64,000 nucleotides of DNA from Octopus vulgaris (GCA_951406725.2 OX597832.1:5332001-5396000); one strand, 5' to 3'; shown: positions 36,802-51,145, numbered from the stretch's first letter. Numbers and translations are program-made. The notes: generated by a model not told the origin, from the sequence alone.

Positions 36802-37349
36802 GATTAAAGGAAGCAATCGATGAAAGAAGTTCAGAATTGGTCAATCCTTCAGGACAACGCTAGACTATATGTTTCCTTGTAGACACAGCTAGACTGGGAT
36901 GTCCTAACACACGAACCATACTCGCATGACCTTGTACATTTATTTAACTATTTCGATCCCTGAAAAATTGTTTAAATGGGAAGGACTTCAATTCTTTGGA
37001 AAATTGTAAAAACCGAGCAACCAACCAAAAACATTATAATTGGTGAATCCAACACAAGCTCAATATCTATTCAAAGTTTTATGTTGTCTTTTCTTCTACC
37101 TGAGTTTTAAGGTTATACAAACCATCTTTATCACGGCTATTTATAGTTTTGCCATCACAGATTAAGCATTTGAACTTGAGAGGAAATGCATGCAAACACT
37201 CCCATAACTCCAGTAACTATTCTTTTCTTTTGAATATACTATATTCATTGTTCGTTCAAAATCGTTCCTCGCCGTCTCGTATTACTAATGGACAATTATT
37301 ATTTTAATTTCTTGTTATGTCATATTAACATTAGTTTCTCACCTCAATG

Positions 37350-37925
<576 letters not shown>

Positions 37926-38253
37926 TGCGCACAGACGCATACACATACGCGTATATTTATACAAACACGAGGGCTGTAGTGAAAGTAATATAAAAATGGT
38001 CATTATTTCTTTATTACCTAGCATACGTCGTTCAAACTACGCATCTTTGTTGAATGATTCTTCCTCTAAACAAACTTACTATTTAAAATAGTCACTATCG
38101 CAAACGAAGCTTTTGTGCTATCGTTGAACTTTCGAAACTTCTCCCATAAGATTCAGGTGCGCTATGTTGAACATATTTCTTTCACAGTCATTTCACCTCG
38201 TCTGTGTCATATATCTTTCCCAAAATTGCTGCCCTTGTTGCAAAATTTGAAGC

Positions 38254-38311
<58 letters not shown>

Positions 38312-38313
<2 letters not shown>

Positions 38314-39643
38314 TGAGTGAAAGTGCAGTGCACGCCATCAAAGTGACACTGGAGTAAAATATACGAAGCCCAGTACACCCATCATGACTACTTGTCTGAT
38401 AAGAGCACACCAGGCACATGTACCACAACCATACAAGGTATGATCAATAAGTATCCGGATTGTTGCCATAGTAACGAAGCTAAAACCCGCAGAGTAAAGC
38501 CGCTTAGCACAGATTGACCTTTCACTCTGTTGTGCATGTGCACACCAAGAAAGGTGTGTAGCGTGTGATCGCCACAGAGACCATGACAGAGAAAGTTGTC
38601 GTGACGATCCCTGCTCAGAGGCCTGCGCAAAGTTGCAGAAAGTGTATGGAGAGGAGTGTATGAGCTGCACACAAGTGTACGAGTTGGTTCAGAGGTTTTC
38701 AAGATCGCCGGAAAAAACGTCGATATTGACGAACGTTCTGAGAAGCCCGCAGCCAGCAGAACTGAGAAAACACCGTAGATGTGCGTGTGGCTATGAGGAG
38801 AAATCGTCGAATCATCATCCCATCATTCATGAGTTATCAGAGGATGTGCAGATTAGTTACGGTTCAGTTCAGTCCATTATCACTGAAAATTTGGGTATGA
38901 GACGCGTGTCTGCCAAGTTTGTGTCAAAAACTGCTTTCAGCTGATCAAAAAGACACACCGGTTTCAGTTGCACAAGATGTCCTTGATTGAATCGAAAACA
39001 ATGAGAATCTTTTGAAAACTTTGCATAGGCTACTTAACAGGTATCGCCAAGCTTTTGGCAAAATTTGATGCCGATTCTCTGCTCAATTTTCTCTGTAAAC
39101 AGTGGAAGTGAGTTAGAACGTTAAAGCCTAATGTACAACAGAGAAGTCCAAGGTCAATCTGTGCCAAGCGGTTTCACTCTACATGCTTCAGTTTCGTTAC
39201 TATGGTAACAGTCCGGATACGTATTGATCAGACTACGTATGTGTGCGACATGGTGATCTCATATCAAGGTAAACAGCGCATGACCTTGCAGGTGGGGCCC
39301 AGTTAGAATTTTCTTAAAGGTCGAGTAGTCCATCCTCCTCATAAGATCCCTGAATAAGGGTTGTTTAAGTATGTTGAACAGAACACCTATGTTCCTCTTA
39401 ACACATGGCTATGGTGTTCCCCCATTACTTCTGCTCGTGATCAGAGATGCATATATCGTCAGCCGCAAAGGGACATGCTCGGCTGGTTAAGGTCAAACAG
39501 CTGAGAAGCAAATCTGTGGTGCTGAGCAGAATATTTGCTGTAGCCCATCTTTTATGCCAAGACAAAACAATATATATATATATTCCAGTCAGTTAAGATC
39601 AGAAGTCATGAGAGATATTGCCTGGTACTGCATCGGGGCATTT
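38312..39643 (-). mobile_element. Unclassified ~0.5-kb non-coding element between (TTA)n tracts, split by a mariner derivative
   Basis: Two halves (38312-38433, 39238-39643) lie between (TTA)n at 38255-38311 and TTA/(GTT)n from 39650; no ORF. Confidence 0.45.
38434..39237 (+). mobile_element. Non-autonomous mariner deletion derivative (804 bp)
   Basis: ~48-bp TIRs (TGATCAATA.GTATCCGGA.TGTT.CCATAGTAACGAA.CT), TA TSD; HTH region KVYGEECMSCTQVYE..SYGSVQSIITENLGMRRVSAKFV; no DDD domain. Confidence 0.9.
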
Positions 39644-39668
39644 AAAAAAATTATTATTTTTATTACTA

Positions 39669-39877
<209 letters not shown>

Positions 39878-40201
39878 TAGAATGTAATATTTTTCCCCCA
39901 CATAAAACGGATACTGTGTTAGAACACAGAATACTGCGTGTTTTACCAATATTGCATGATAGGAACTTAGAAGGCATTGCTTATATCCCTTCTTTTAATG
40001 TTTGACAGATATGATGTGCTTTATAGTTTTAGGAATTAAAAGAGTAATAAATGAATAAATCGTATTCATATATTATATATATCACTACCATGATCACCAT
40101 GACCGACCAGACTATCAGATGTTGCTACACATCACTGGTCACAATGCGCTTTGCATTGCTCTAGTCTTCAAATGACACCACCCCGCTGGCTAAGCGAGCA
40201 G

Positions 40202-40239
<38 letters not shown>

Positions 40240-40259
40240 TATGTATATATATATATATG

Positions 40260-40325
<66 letters not shown>

Positions 40326-40331
<6 letters not shown>

Positions 40332-41523
40332 TTGCAAGATTTTTGATGTGAAATCGTGTGTTGAAACAGACATTGTTGTATTTAAGAATGGTCATTTTGC
40401 CAGTTTAGCCAATAAAAACACACGCACTATATATTTGGTGTTACTTTGCTTCAGCGTTATTCATTTTTTACATTAATCTTAATCTTATTTCGGCCAGAGT
40501 TCTTTCATCACACTCCTGTGTGATCATTGAGAGGGCGTATGATCATTGAGAGGAAGTAGGAGATCCTGTAGTTGCTAGCGATATTCGCTCGACAGACTGG
40601 TCTTGTTGGTGGTCCCGCTACATGGTCAGTGGTTACTTTGTGGTCCTTGTGAAGTCCATACAGTGTCCGGATATCATTGTTCCAGGCTTGGAAATTGTTA
40701 GCTGTGCGTTTCTGGGGTCCAAGAACAATTGTCCACATCATCATGTGGGCGTTGAGGACCTTTTCTCTCTCCTCATGCGCCTGTAAAGTTGTTACTTTCG
40801 TATTGGCGATATGAGGTTGCATTGCCTGGATGTAGTTCGGTAAGCTGTCTATTGACATCCTGTCGGACTTATCTGTGGGAAGGCATACCACCTCTCCGTT
40901 CCTCGTGCGCTGAATGAGCTTACGTAGGCCACATGCGGGTTTAATCCCGAGTTGTTGGGCCTCTGTCTTTTTCTGTCTCTGTCTCTTAGTGTATAGTTCT
41001 AAAATCTGTCTAAGTTTGGTCCTAGCTATAGTGAACTGTGCTTCCATATGGTCATTAGTATGTCTTGGGATGCAGACCCTTTTGTTAAAGGGTAATAAAA
41101 AAAATAATAAGTAGGTGTAAACATATGAACAAAATAAAAATAAACAAAAACAAAAAACAAAAAACAAATTACATGAACGTATATAAACAGGAGATACAAA
41201 TATTACAGACACTTCCCCCCCCATACACACTAACTAAACATAGACACACATAGAGGTATACGCATGCGTAAATGAAGACACATACAATAAGAATACAAAA
41301 TACAAAATGGTTGACAGTTAGTAAGGAGAGACACACAAATAAGAAAGAAGAAAGCAAACGACCACTGATGAGGTCACAGGAGTGTGACGAAAGAACTCTG
41401 GCCGAAAGAAGATTAAGATTAATGTAAAAAATGAATAACGCTGAAGCAAAGTAACACCAAATATATAGTGCGTGTGTTTTTATTGGCTAAACTGGCAAAA
41501 TGACCATTCCTAAATACAACAAT
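40326..41523 (-). mobile_element. Penelope-like element with inverted pseudo-LTRs, within (TA)n
   Basis: ~150-bp inverted repeats (40372-40520 / 41375-41523); ORF fragment VVCLPTDKS..LYGLHKDHK..PTRPVC..ISYFLSMIIRPL (PLE RT N-terminus); (TA)n on both sides. Confidence 0.85.
41359..41404 (+). ncRNA. Minimal type I hammerhead ribozyme motif
   Basis: CGACCA-CUGAUGA-G-GUCACA(GGAG)UGUGAC-GAAA-G(AA)C-UC-UGGCCG; stem I 5/6 bp, stem II 6 bp. Confidence 0.75.
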
Positions 41524-41526
41524 AGA

Positions 41527-41561
<35 letters not shown>

Positions 41562-41562
41562 T

Positions 41563-41600
<38 letters not shown>

Positions 41601-42149
41601 TAGTTTGCCGTATTTTTATCAAAAAGGAAAACTAGAATTATCACTAAATGCGACTAGGATGTTAGAAACACCTACATTGCTAGAAATAAGAGCTAAAATG
41701 CTCTAATGCTGTAGTAAAAGAACTTAATTGTATACATATGTATATTTAGACTTACTTCTCTGTCTGTATATATGTTTTCATGAAAACATATATGCCCTTA
41801 CTTGGGTCATCATCAAAATTCTCTCTTTTGCACTGATGATAAAGTTGGAGCATCATTCCCTAAAGTAGCAACCATATCGGCATGAATGTTCTTGGAGGGA
41901 GCTTAAGCCCTTTTTTTCTGTAGGTACTTGATAACACAACGATACCAAAGTTTGTCCATTCTCAAGATAAGTCGCTACTAGTTACAGTTGAAGTCTTCTT
42001 TGAACAGTTAGATGTCAGTTTACTTGGAAATATACAATGCAGTTATTAATATGAAGGGAGTGTATTAATATTAATGCGTGCAAGATTTCACAGCTCTAGC
42101 ATCACTCCTTTATAGTCAGTTTATGAACTTTTCAGCCCACCTCGTATTT

Positions 42150-42945
42150 AAAAAAAAATCAAAACATAACTAGATAGTGGCTGGGAGATAACAGTGGTAG
42201 TAGCCGTCCCAGTTTCTACCACGTCTTCAAAACGGCTCCAGAACCTGGCGCGTGCGTTCCTCACTGTGTCCTTGGGAAAATCATCGAACATCTTGATCTT
42301 GGCTACTAGCTCGGCCTTTGTTTTTGCAGGCGGAAGGTTTTGTGTATCTCAACTGCACCACACATCATAAATCTATGGAATTAGAATCGGAGGAATTAGG
42401 AGGCCAGAAATTGGAGCCAGTGAAGTTGTAGAAACTCTTCGACAACCACTTCTGACTCATTCCGTATATATGGGAAAGGCGTCGAATCCTGCTGTTAGAC
42501 ATATGACCTTCCAGTAGCAATCCTCTCCAGCCAGAGGTTGAGCCCCTTCAGCAGCTTCACTTTGTCGTCCGAATTGAATCTAAGGCCCTGTTTGGAGACA
42601 TGGGGAATGAACTTCGGCGTTCTGCGTCAGGACGTTTTCTGTGGCTCTTCTCGCTGGCCACGGCTTTGTAATGTCCGTTGCAACTGTCCATGCCATGACT
42701 TAACGCTTTTACAGTATTCTCAGAACACTGAGCTGCAGTCATGATGTCGGCATTTTGATACCTACCGCAATCATCATTTTCTAATATTCTGATGGCTTCC
42801 AGTCCTCCATGTCAGCTAACTTTTTCTCAACTACAACTTTAATCTTTATGGTCTCCAACGCCGTTGATCATTCACCAGTACATCAAGCTGTTCCTGAAGA
42901 AAAGAAACATAAAAAAATCGTCAAATTTATCCGGAAACCCTGTAT
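42150..42945 (-). mobile_element. Decayed Tc1/mariner element
   Basis: Minus-strand WPPNSSDSNSID..TKAELVAKIK..RNARARFWSRFEDVVE; TA|CAGGGTTTCCGG end; abuts another mariner-type TIR at ~42120-42146. Confidence 0.7.
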
Positions 42946-42961
42946 ATACAGAGCATCTGTC

Positions 42962-43350
42962 CATCTTTTACTTGTTTCAGTCTTTGGATTGCGGCCATGC
43001 TGGGGCAAGGTCTTGAAATGTTTTGGTCGAGCGAATAATGATCCCAACATTTATTTTTTAAAGCCTGGTATTTATTCTGTTAGTCACTTTTATCGAACCG
43101 GTATGGTACAGGGACGTAAACAAACTAACCCCGTTGCCAAGGGGGTGCTGAGAACATACATACATACATACTTACATAGAATAGATACACGTATGTATGT
43201 ATACGACAGGCTTCTTTCAGTTTCCGTCTACCAAATCCACTCACGAGGTATTGGTTGACCGAGGCGATTGTAGACACTTGCACTAGGTTCCACGCAATGG
43301 GACTGAACGCGGAACCATGTGGTTGAGAAGCAAACTTTTTATCACACAGT
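42962..43350 (-). mobile_element. SINE family B
   Basis: Reverse-complement match to family B; followed by a (CCACG)n-like tract. Confidence 0.8.
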
Positions 43351-43746
43351 CCCTTCCACATCATGCCTCGCCACGCCATGCCACGCACGCCACGCTACAC
43401 CACGCCACGCTACACCACGCCACGCATGCATATATATAATTAGTTAATGATAAATGATATATGTCATACATGTTTTAGATATATTTAGAACTGTATTCAC
43501 AAATATACCTGAAGTAGTTACGTATCCGGGTATATTACGATGCCTTCTTGAATAGCTTTAAATAAAGGTGTCACTGTCCTATTTAAACTACCTTTTTTCT
43601 CAGTAAATGCGAGAATAATTATCAAATATCCTGTCTATACCGACAGACATAATTATAGATTCGTTGTGTGAGGGGATGCTTGTGCGTGTGTATGTGTGTG
43701 TGTGTGTGTGTGCTAGACTCGTCGTCAAGCTTTTGTGTTGTGTGTA

Positions 43747-43794
<48 letters not shown>

Positions 43795-44569
43795 GGGTGG
43801 GTGGGAGGTGGGGGGTGGTGGTGTTCAGAATATTTTGGGTGGGCAATCTAATTTACATTAATTTTAAAGAGGAGTTTGGGAAAAGGCATATTGCTGTAAA
43901 TGATTTTTTTTCGAAAATTTCTTCGAATATACGTTTTAAACATCGTTTACGATTCGGTAAAGAGGTGAATTTTTCAAAATTTCTAATTTTTAATATCCCT
44001 TCTCTTCTTTCTCACCCCCTCTTTCCCCTCCTCCTCCATATAAACCCTACCCTCAGGTCGTCGCCATTTCAGAGTACGCAAGTGACCATAACTTTTTCAT
44101 TTTTAATTTTCTAGGAAAATTCTTTGAGAAACATGTTTTGCGCAAAAAAAAATAAATAAATAAATAAATAAAGTGAAATTTCATTTTTTGTCCTCTTCCT
44201 TTCCTTAGTTTCTGAGTTGCAACTTGTTAGGGTATAAGGTCAGGGTTTACCGTTAGGCTAGAGATATATATTTAGGGTTTAGGGGTTAGGGGTTAGGATT
44301 TAAACGTGGGTGTGTAGTATTTTTACAGAATCTTACTCGTTTTTAACAGAAAGCTGAGAGAAATTAAAATATAAAGTTACAGTAATTTATGTGGTGTTCT
44401 TCTTCCGAAACTCAGCCAATTCTAAAATATTATTTCATATTAATCTTTTTTTGGTCTATATTCAAACCAAATTTACAAAGACATCTTCTAAAGTTTGGCC
44501 TGATATTGATAGTTTACGAAATTTAAAAAATTACTGTAAACCAATTGAATTATAAATAACTAACAAAGG

Positions 44570-44783
44570 TAAGGCGGCGAGCTGGAAGAATCGTTAGGAC
44601 GCCGGACAAAATGCTTAGCGGCAGTTCATCCGTCTTTTTGTTCTGGATTCAAATTCGGCCGAGGTCGATTTTGTTTCTCGTCCTTTCAGAGTCGATGAAA
44701 TAAGTACCAGTTGAACGCTGAAGTCGATGTAATCGACTATTCTCTTCTCCCTAAATTTCAGGCTTTGTGCCTACAATAGAAAG
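44570..44783 (+). mobile_element. SINE family A
   Basis: Full head-core-tail. Confidence 0.85.
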
Positions 44784-45747
44784 TAATAACGAAAATATTT
44801 CATTTATCAAAAATGCGTTAAAATATATGTAATCTCTGACTTAGAACAAAATTTCCCCAAATCCTTTTCAATGCTTAGTTTTCCTGAGCAGCTATCCTTG
44901 AATGCAAATATGATAAGATTGCTCTTTTGTTGATGTGCCATAGAACACCTACAGTGTGTAAGTATATGGCAATACAATTTGTAAATATCTAGAAAAGCAG
45001 TTTTAAATGTTGTGTCTGGGGAGAGCCATTTTATTTTTGTGCAAGACGCAACGAAAATTTTAGGGAAATAAAAATAAGAAATAAGTGGAAATTTTACCGG
45101 TGAGTGTATTAAATTATAAGGCACAAAAAGAAAATGACCCTCCCCAGACACAACAGAATATGCTTCAACACACGAACTCATATAAAGAATCTTGCAAACC
45201 AAATCCAAAAATGAAATACAGCTTTAAATGTATATAGTGAAAAACAGATATCTTGATAACTTAAAAATAGATAGCTGATAACTTCTTAGAAGTAATATTT
45301 TCTAAAATGTAACGTTTGGCAACGCATAGTCGTTGTAAAATGAGCTGTCCAAACTGTTTATGCTAACGAGTTTGTAAATAGGAGATAAACATGAAACTTC
45401 TAAAAATGCTTCTGGTTCAAGAGGCAAAACCACTAAAGCTGCTTATATACTTGTGTTAGTTCTTCCGTGCAGTATTGTAAGTACAATTAAAAGGTATGCC
45501 AAAATCTCCATAACTCGGTGTTCACAGAAATAATGATGATTGTGTAATATGCTCTGGAACTCTACATATGCGTAGAAGAACAAAGCAGTCATTTTCTAAA
45601 TTGAATCCCTTAGCCTGAGAGAAAATGCTCTGAAAATTTCCCTAGTTTAATCTCATATCTTACAAAATAGTCATCACGGTATTTATAAGACAAACTCCTT
45701 TAGACAAATCGCAGTCGTGACGATGTAACAATATATTTGGAGCCGTA

Positions 45748-45930
45748 TAAAATGCTTAGCGGCATTCCGTCCGTCTTTACGTTCTGAGTTTAAATTCCGC
45801 CGAGGTTGACTTTGCCTTTCTTCTTTTCGAGGTCGATAAAATATGTACCAGTTGAGTACTGGGGTCGATATAATCGACTTACCCACTTCCCGGAATTGAT
45901 GGCCTTGTACCAAAATTTGAAATCAATATT
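45748..45930 (+). mobile_element. SINE family A, 5'-truncated
   Basis: Core and tail match. Confidence 0.8.
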
Positions 45931-45944
45931 TGGTGCATCATTAA

Positions 45945-46452
45945 CCTCTGTACAACGTTCCATCATTCGAGCGCATGAAGGGACACACGTCGTCAACGGG
46001 TTGGTGCCAGAGTCGCCTTGCTACACTAGGCAATTGCCCGGGGGCCTCATGGGTACGAGCGCCCAATTCTGATCTATGTATGCTGTGGCTTGCTGTCCAG
46101 GTTGGAAAGAAAAGGTAATAAAGTCAAGATTTCAAGAAACGTATATTTTAAAAAACTTTATTTACTAAATCTTTGTCGGCGGAAAACATTACCATCTTAG
46201 GGCACCAATTATGACCGTCTTATCACCATTATAGAGCATCCCCCACCCACCGGGTAATTCAATTTACTGGGCCCAAAAGTATTTATTTATGGACAGCAAG
46301 CCACAGCATACATAGATCAGAATTGGGCGCTTGTACCCATGAGGCCCCCGGGCAATTGCCCAGTGTAGCCATATTTTAAGGCGACACTGGCACCAACCCG
46401 TTGACGACGTGTGTCCCTTCATGCGCTCGAATGATGGAACGTTGTACAGAGG
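45945..46452. mobile_element. Long-TIR palindromic element flanked by TTAA (piggyBac-like MITE)
   Basis: Arms 45945-46099 and 46290-46452 are near-perfect reverse complements; TTAA at 45941-45944 and 46453-46456; CC..GG termini. Confidence 0.8.
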
Positions 46453-46696
46453 TTAATGAGTCGTTCGAAGAAATGTCTTCACTCATTGCATATGATTTGA
46501 CTCATTGCAAAGTTGAGTCTTCTGTTTACGCTACGTTTCTCAGAAGTGGAGAAGAAAAAATACATACATACATACAATAATACATACATACATACATACA
46601 TACAAATATATGAGTGTGGTGCGGCGCATGTGTGTGTATACATATATGTATAATGTATTTACGTATACATGTATACCTATATAAATATGTACGTAT

Positions 46697-46791
<95 letters not shown>

Positions 46792-46934
46792 TATATATAT
46801 ATGAACATATATTTTAGAACGAGCGTGCGTTTAAGGTGTGTCTGAACAATGAAAGACTGTTTGAGAAAGATTTCGTTGAATGAGGAAACGTATTTACAAA
46901 CAGTAACATCATTGTTTTCATTGTGTTTCTTATC

Positions 46935-46967
<33 letters not shown>

Positions 46968-47225
46968 GTGTGTGTGCATGTGTGTGCTTTCAAATGCTTG
47001 AAGGGTGTCCGGTTTTGTCCGCGAAAGTAATGACTCAGGTAGGTGCCAGTTGACTGTATGAGATTCATCGTAAGCCTGCATAAATGTATTATTTCAAGCA
47101 CCAATATCATTCGTCAATGACATAAATGCTTTCATTCCTTAAAATTTTGCGTGTATTTTAGTAACATCCTATAAGAGGAAATAACTTAGGTGCTCATACA
47201 TGCATACACGGTGGATGTCGTATAT

Positions 47226-47545
47226 TTTTTATTTATTTATGTTTCCTTTTCAACCTAACCAGACTCATGGGCCCTGTTCCCCGGTTTCTGTGGCGTATGT
47301 GTTCCCTCCCAGCTGGACGAACCGCCAGTCCATCGCAGCGTTACTCATGAAACAGAAAGAAAGAGTGATAGTAAGTTGGGGCGAAAGAGTACAACAGGGG
47401 TTGCCACCACCAACTGCCGGAGCCTCGTGGAGCTTTTAGGTGCTTTCGCTCAATAAACACACACAACGCCCAGTCTAGGAATCGAAATCGTGATCTTCCG
47501 ACCGCGAGTCCGCTGCCCTAACCACTGGGCTATTGCGCCTCCACA
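47226..47545 (-). mobile_element. SINE family D (tRNA head, V-SINE-like core)
   Basis: Homologous to 53387-53703; core CTGCGATGGACTGGCG..CGTCCAG; TSD ATGTCGTATAT. Confidence 0.85.
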
Positions 47546-47970
47546 ATGTCGTATATATCGTCAGTAAATCATAAATCCGAAAAAAGAAGCATACTCTAAA
47601 TTATAGAGCAATGAGTATATAGATAAAGATAAATATGGCCGGTCTATGGGGTTACCCTGGGTTTCACGCCCATAAAGCACTTAGCATTACGCCGATTCTT
47701 CAGACTCTAGTGGCCGGTAGCCTATGACTTCACTTCAAAGTGGAGGGAGAAAAGAGGTGTATTCCAGGTGGTTTGAGGCTGTGTTTAGGACAGGCAGTCA
47801 TAATTATCCAAAATTGTAATTCTAAGATATCATTACTATATTTCTAATAAGCTGTTCTGCTAACTTTTGTTACTCCATATTGAAGGAAACAGTTCTAACA
47901 GCACTTTGAATACGCCCTACTAAACCCTATTTTAAATACTCACCAAGTTTGTAGCCATATTTCGTTAACG

Positions 47971-48375
47971 TAGGCGTAGGAGTGGCTGTGTGGTAAGTAG
48001 CTTGCTTACGAGCCACATGATTCCGGGTTCAGTCCCACTGCGTGGCACCTTGGGCAAGTGTCTTCTACTATATCTTCGGGCCGACCAAAGCATTGTGAAT
48101 GGATTTGGTAGACGGAAACTGAAAGAAGCCCGTTACATATATGTATATATATATGTATGTGTGTGTATATGTTTGTGCGTCTGTGTTTGTCTCCCCAACA
48201 TCACTTGACAACCGATGCTGGTGTGTTTACGTCCCCGTAACTTAGCGGTTCGGCAAAAGAGACCGATAGAATAAGCACTAGGCTTACTAAGAATAAGTCC
48301 TGGAGTCGATTTGCTCGACTAAAGGTGGTGCTCCAGCATGGCCACAATAAAATGTCTGAAACGAGTAAAAGAGTA
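47971..48375 (+). mobile_element. SINE family B, full length
   Basis: A box TGGCTGTGTGG, B box GGTTCAGTCCC, CORE-like ACCTTGGGCAAGTG, internal (TA/TG)n; short TAACGTA TSD. Confidence 0.9.
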
Positions 48376-49029
48376 ACGTACGTATGATAGTTCGTTGATT
48401 TCGTACAGTTATTTCGCGTTCATTTTTTTTAATTGCTATTTAATGTCACGTTCTATTTACAGTTGTGATCAATAAAATATTCTGTGTGAATGTATCAAGA
48501 GTGAATTATTTCTTTTTTGTAGGAATATCCAAGATTCTTCTCCAGAAAGTCTCGCAAAACCGTACACGGTAACGTTATTACACAATTGTTTTTATGGCAC
48601 CGACCAGCATGCAAAAAAGGGTGTCTAAGAGAATTCAAAGATGATTGAACCTACTCCGCAAATGCCAGAGTTATGGTGAAGATAAGGCTGACTTCATTCG
48701 AGTCTTTAGATGTTTTGGTGACAACCACGAACTATATTTTGAAATCAAGGATAATGTAATTTTTGGGACAAACGTTTCCGATATTGTGACGTCATAATGA
48801 CAATAACGAAAATCTTTGATTCGTTGAATTGATTCTTAAATTAATCTTATACCTACGCGCGCACATTCGTACACACACACACACACGTACACACACACGT
48901 GCATGCGCGCGAGCACACACACATCTGCTTACTTCTGTCTTTCTATCTCTTTTTTATGTCTGTCTGTTTGTCTGTCTGTTTATCTCTCTTCCTCTCTCTC
49001 CCCCCTCTCTCTCTATCAATCTATCAGCA

Positions 49030-49214
49030 TGTGTGTGCGGTGGAGAAGGTAGCTTTAACTACATGGTTTCGAGTTCAATCCTACTGAGCGGCACATTGGG
49101 CAAGTGTCGTCTGCTATATGCCCAAATTGACCAACATCTTATCTGTCTATCTTTTTCACTCTGCATGTGTGTGTACGTACATACATACATACATACATAC
49201 ATACGTACACACAC

Positions 49215-49296
<82 letters not shown>

Positions 49297-49510
49297 CCTT
49301 TGCGTTTGTCTTCCAACACTACTTGACAATTGGTATTGGCATGTTTACGTCCCCGTAACCTAGCGGCTCGACAAAACAGAGCGATGGAATAAGTACCAAA
49401 CTTAATATAAATACTGGAGTCAATTTATTTGACAAAAACTTTCAAGACATTACCCCTGCATCACGGCAGTCCAATGACTGAGACAAACAGAAGATAAAAG
49501 CTAAAAGATA
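49030..49510 (+). mobile_element. SINE family B, diverged
   Basis: Head and tail recognisable around an expanded microsatellite. Confidence 0.7.
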
Positions 49511-49740
49511 CGTACATACAGACAGACAAACAGACAAAGTGCCCCGGGAATTTGTGAAAAGAAATTTAACTGGTCACAGATGGAAGTCGATCGAACAATG
49601 TCATGCGGTATGCACCGCATTTTGAATTTCTCACTTGTCATTCAGACATCTCAACAACACCACTATCCTAATCTGACATAAGAAATGAAGAGGCATGTTC
49701 TGCTCGTGGCTCGACTCGCCAGTTATAGGCACTGAGTGAA

Positions 49741-50340
49741 TTTTTTATTTCCCACAAGGGGACAACATATATAAGGGACAATACAATCTGATTGGGGTCA
49801 GATGGACGGATGGATATAATAGAAAGATGATATTAAAAATTCACAAAAATATAAATAAATCGAATGATAGGACAGACCGGAAGATATTACGGATAGAGTG
49901 GGAAAGCAGGTTCAATTCGGACCCCACGAGCCTCGCCTCGCCTCGCCTCGCCTCGCCTCGCCTCGCCTCGCCTCGCCTCGCCACTGATACCTGAGATACG
50001 TCCTGCGTCGCATTCATGAGGTTAAATTCACTCGCAACATCTGTGCTACATTCTTCTATCGATTTTCAAACATTTCCACAGTCAGGCATTTTCTCTCCAA
50101 CCCTATCTTCCTTTTAAGGTGAAAGGTGAAATAATTCACCAAGTTACGGCCGGAGATGAAAGTGCCTGACTTTAATCCTTTCTGTCTCGTCTTCCAAATC
50201 ACCTGTCTCGCAATTGCTACTACAATGAGAAAACGATTCTTACCTTCCTTCGAAAGGAAATCAGGCGGGTCAAGTTTTACTATAGACTCAGTCGATAGCT
50301 GTACTCTTCGAGTACTTGACAACCGACAGCTGCTTTGAGG
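49741..50340 (-). mobile_element. Tx1/L1 3' end (ORF2 C-terminus + 3' UTR)
   Basis: VQLSTESIVK..IWKTRQKG..FHLKRKIGLERK, homologous to 24175-24558; tail CCCCTTGTGGGAAATAAAAAA; (GCCTC)n at 49930-49982. Confidence 0.8.
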
Positions 50341-50361
50341 TCTTCACTAATACATGCCCCC

Positions 50362-50635
50362 TATGTATGTATGTATGTATGTATGTATGTATGTATGTAT
50401 GTATGTATGTATGTATGTATGTATGTATGTATGCATGTATGTATGTATGCATGTATGTATGTATGTATGTATGTATGTATGTATGAATGTATGTATGTAT
50501 GTATGTGTGTGTGTATGTATGTATGTATGTATGTATGTATGTGTGTGTGTATGTGTGTATGTATGTATGTATGTATGTATGTATGTATGTATGTATGTAT
50601 GTGTGTATGTATGTATGTATGTATGTATGCATGCA
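50362..50635. repeat. (TATG)n microsatellite
   Basis: Seen directly. Confidence 0.95.
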
Positions 50636-50990
50636 TTGATATAAATGTAAATTCATGTAAAAACATTCATGTGTCTGCGTACATTGGCACAAGGATGTGT
50701 AACCATTCGCGATGTGATTGCATTATTCAATGGGAAGAACATCTCAGACAGATTTATTTTTAATCAGTATAAACTGATTTACAAAAAGTAATGGTATTAT
50801 TTTTATTATATTTGAACATTTGTGTGTGCATGTATGAGTGTGCGTGTGTGTGAGTGTGTGTGTAACTGTGTGTGTATGTGTGTGTGTGTGTGTTTTTGCA
50901 TTTGTGTGCATGTGTGTGCGTGCATATATTCTTTTTTACTCTTGTACTTGTTTCAGTCATTAGACTGCGGCAAAGTTGCTTCCCATTTAA

Positions 50991-50991
50991 A

Positions 50992-51050
<59 letters not shown>

Positions 51051-51103
51051 CGATGATGATGATGATGATAATGGTGATGATGATGATGAGGATGATGATG
51101 ATG

Positions 51104-51135
<32 letters not shown>

Positions 51136-51145
51136 AATAACAACA
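50991..51145. repeat. (AAT)n(GAT)n compound microsatellite
   Basis: Seen directly. Confidence 0.95.

Larger units (their letters stand above)
33230..37033 (+). mobile_element. Decayed mariner element interrupted by hAT
   Basis: SGRP.., (W)VPHN, CIWRDWKGIVYYELLP, YCSQLDRLK | EAIDE..QDNAR..WDVLTHEPYSHDL; the frame continues across the hAT insertion. Confidence 0.85.

Noticed and set aside
44226-44300. Degenerate TTAGGG-like units as an interstitial telomere
   Set aside because: Only a few imperfect units; more likely part of a decayed repeat.
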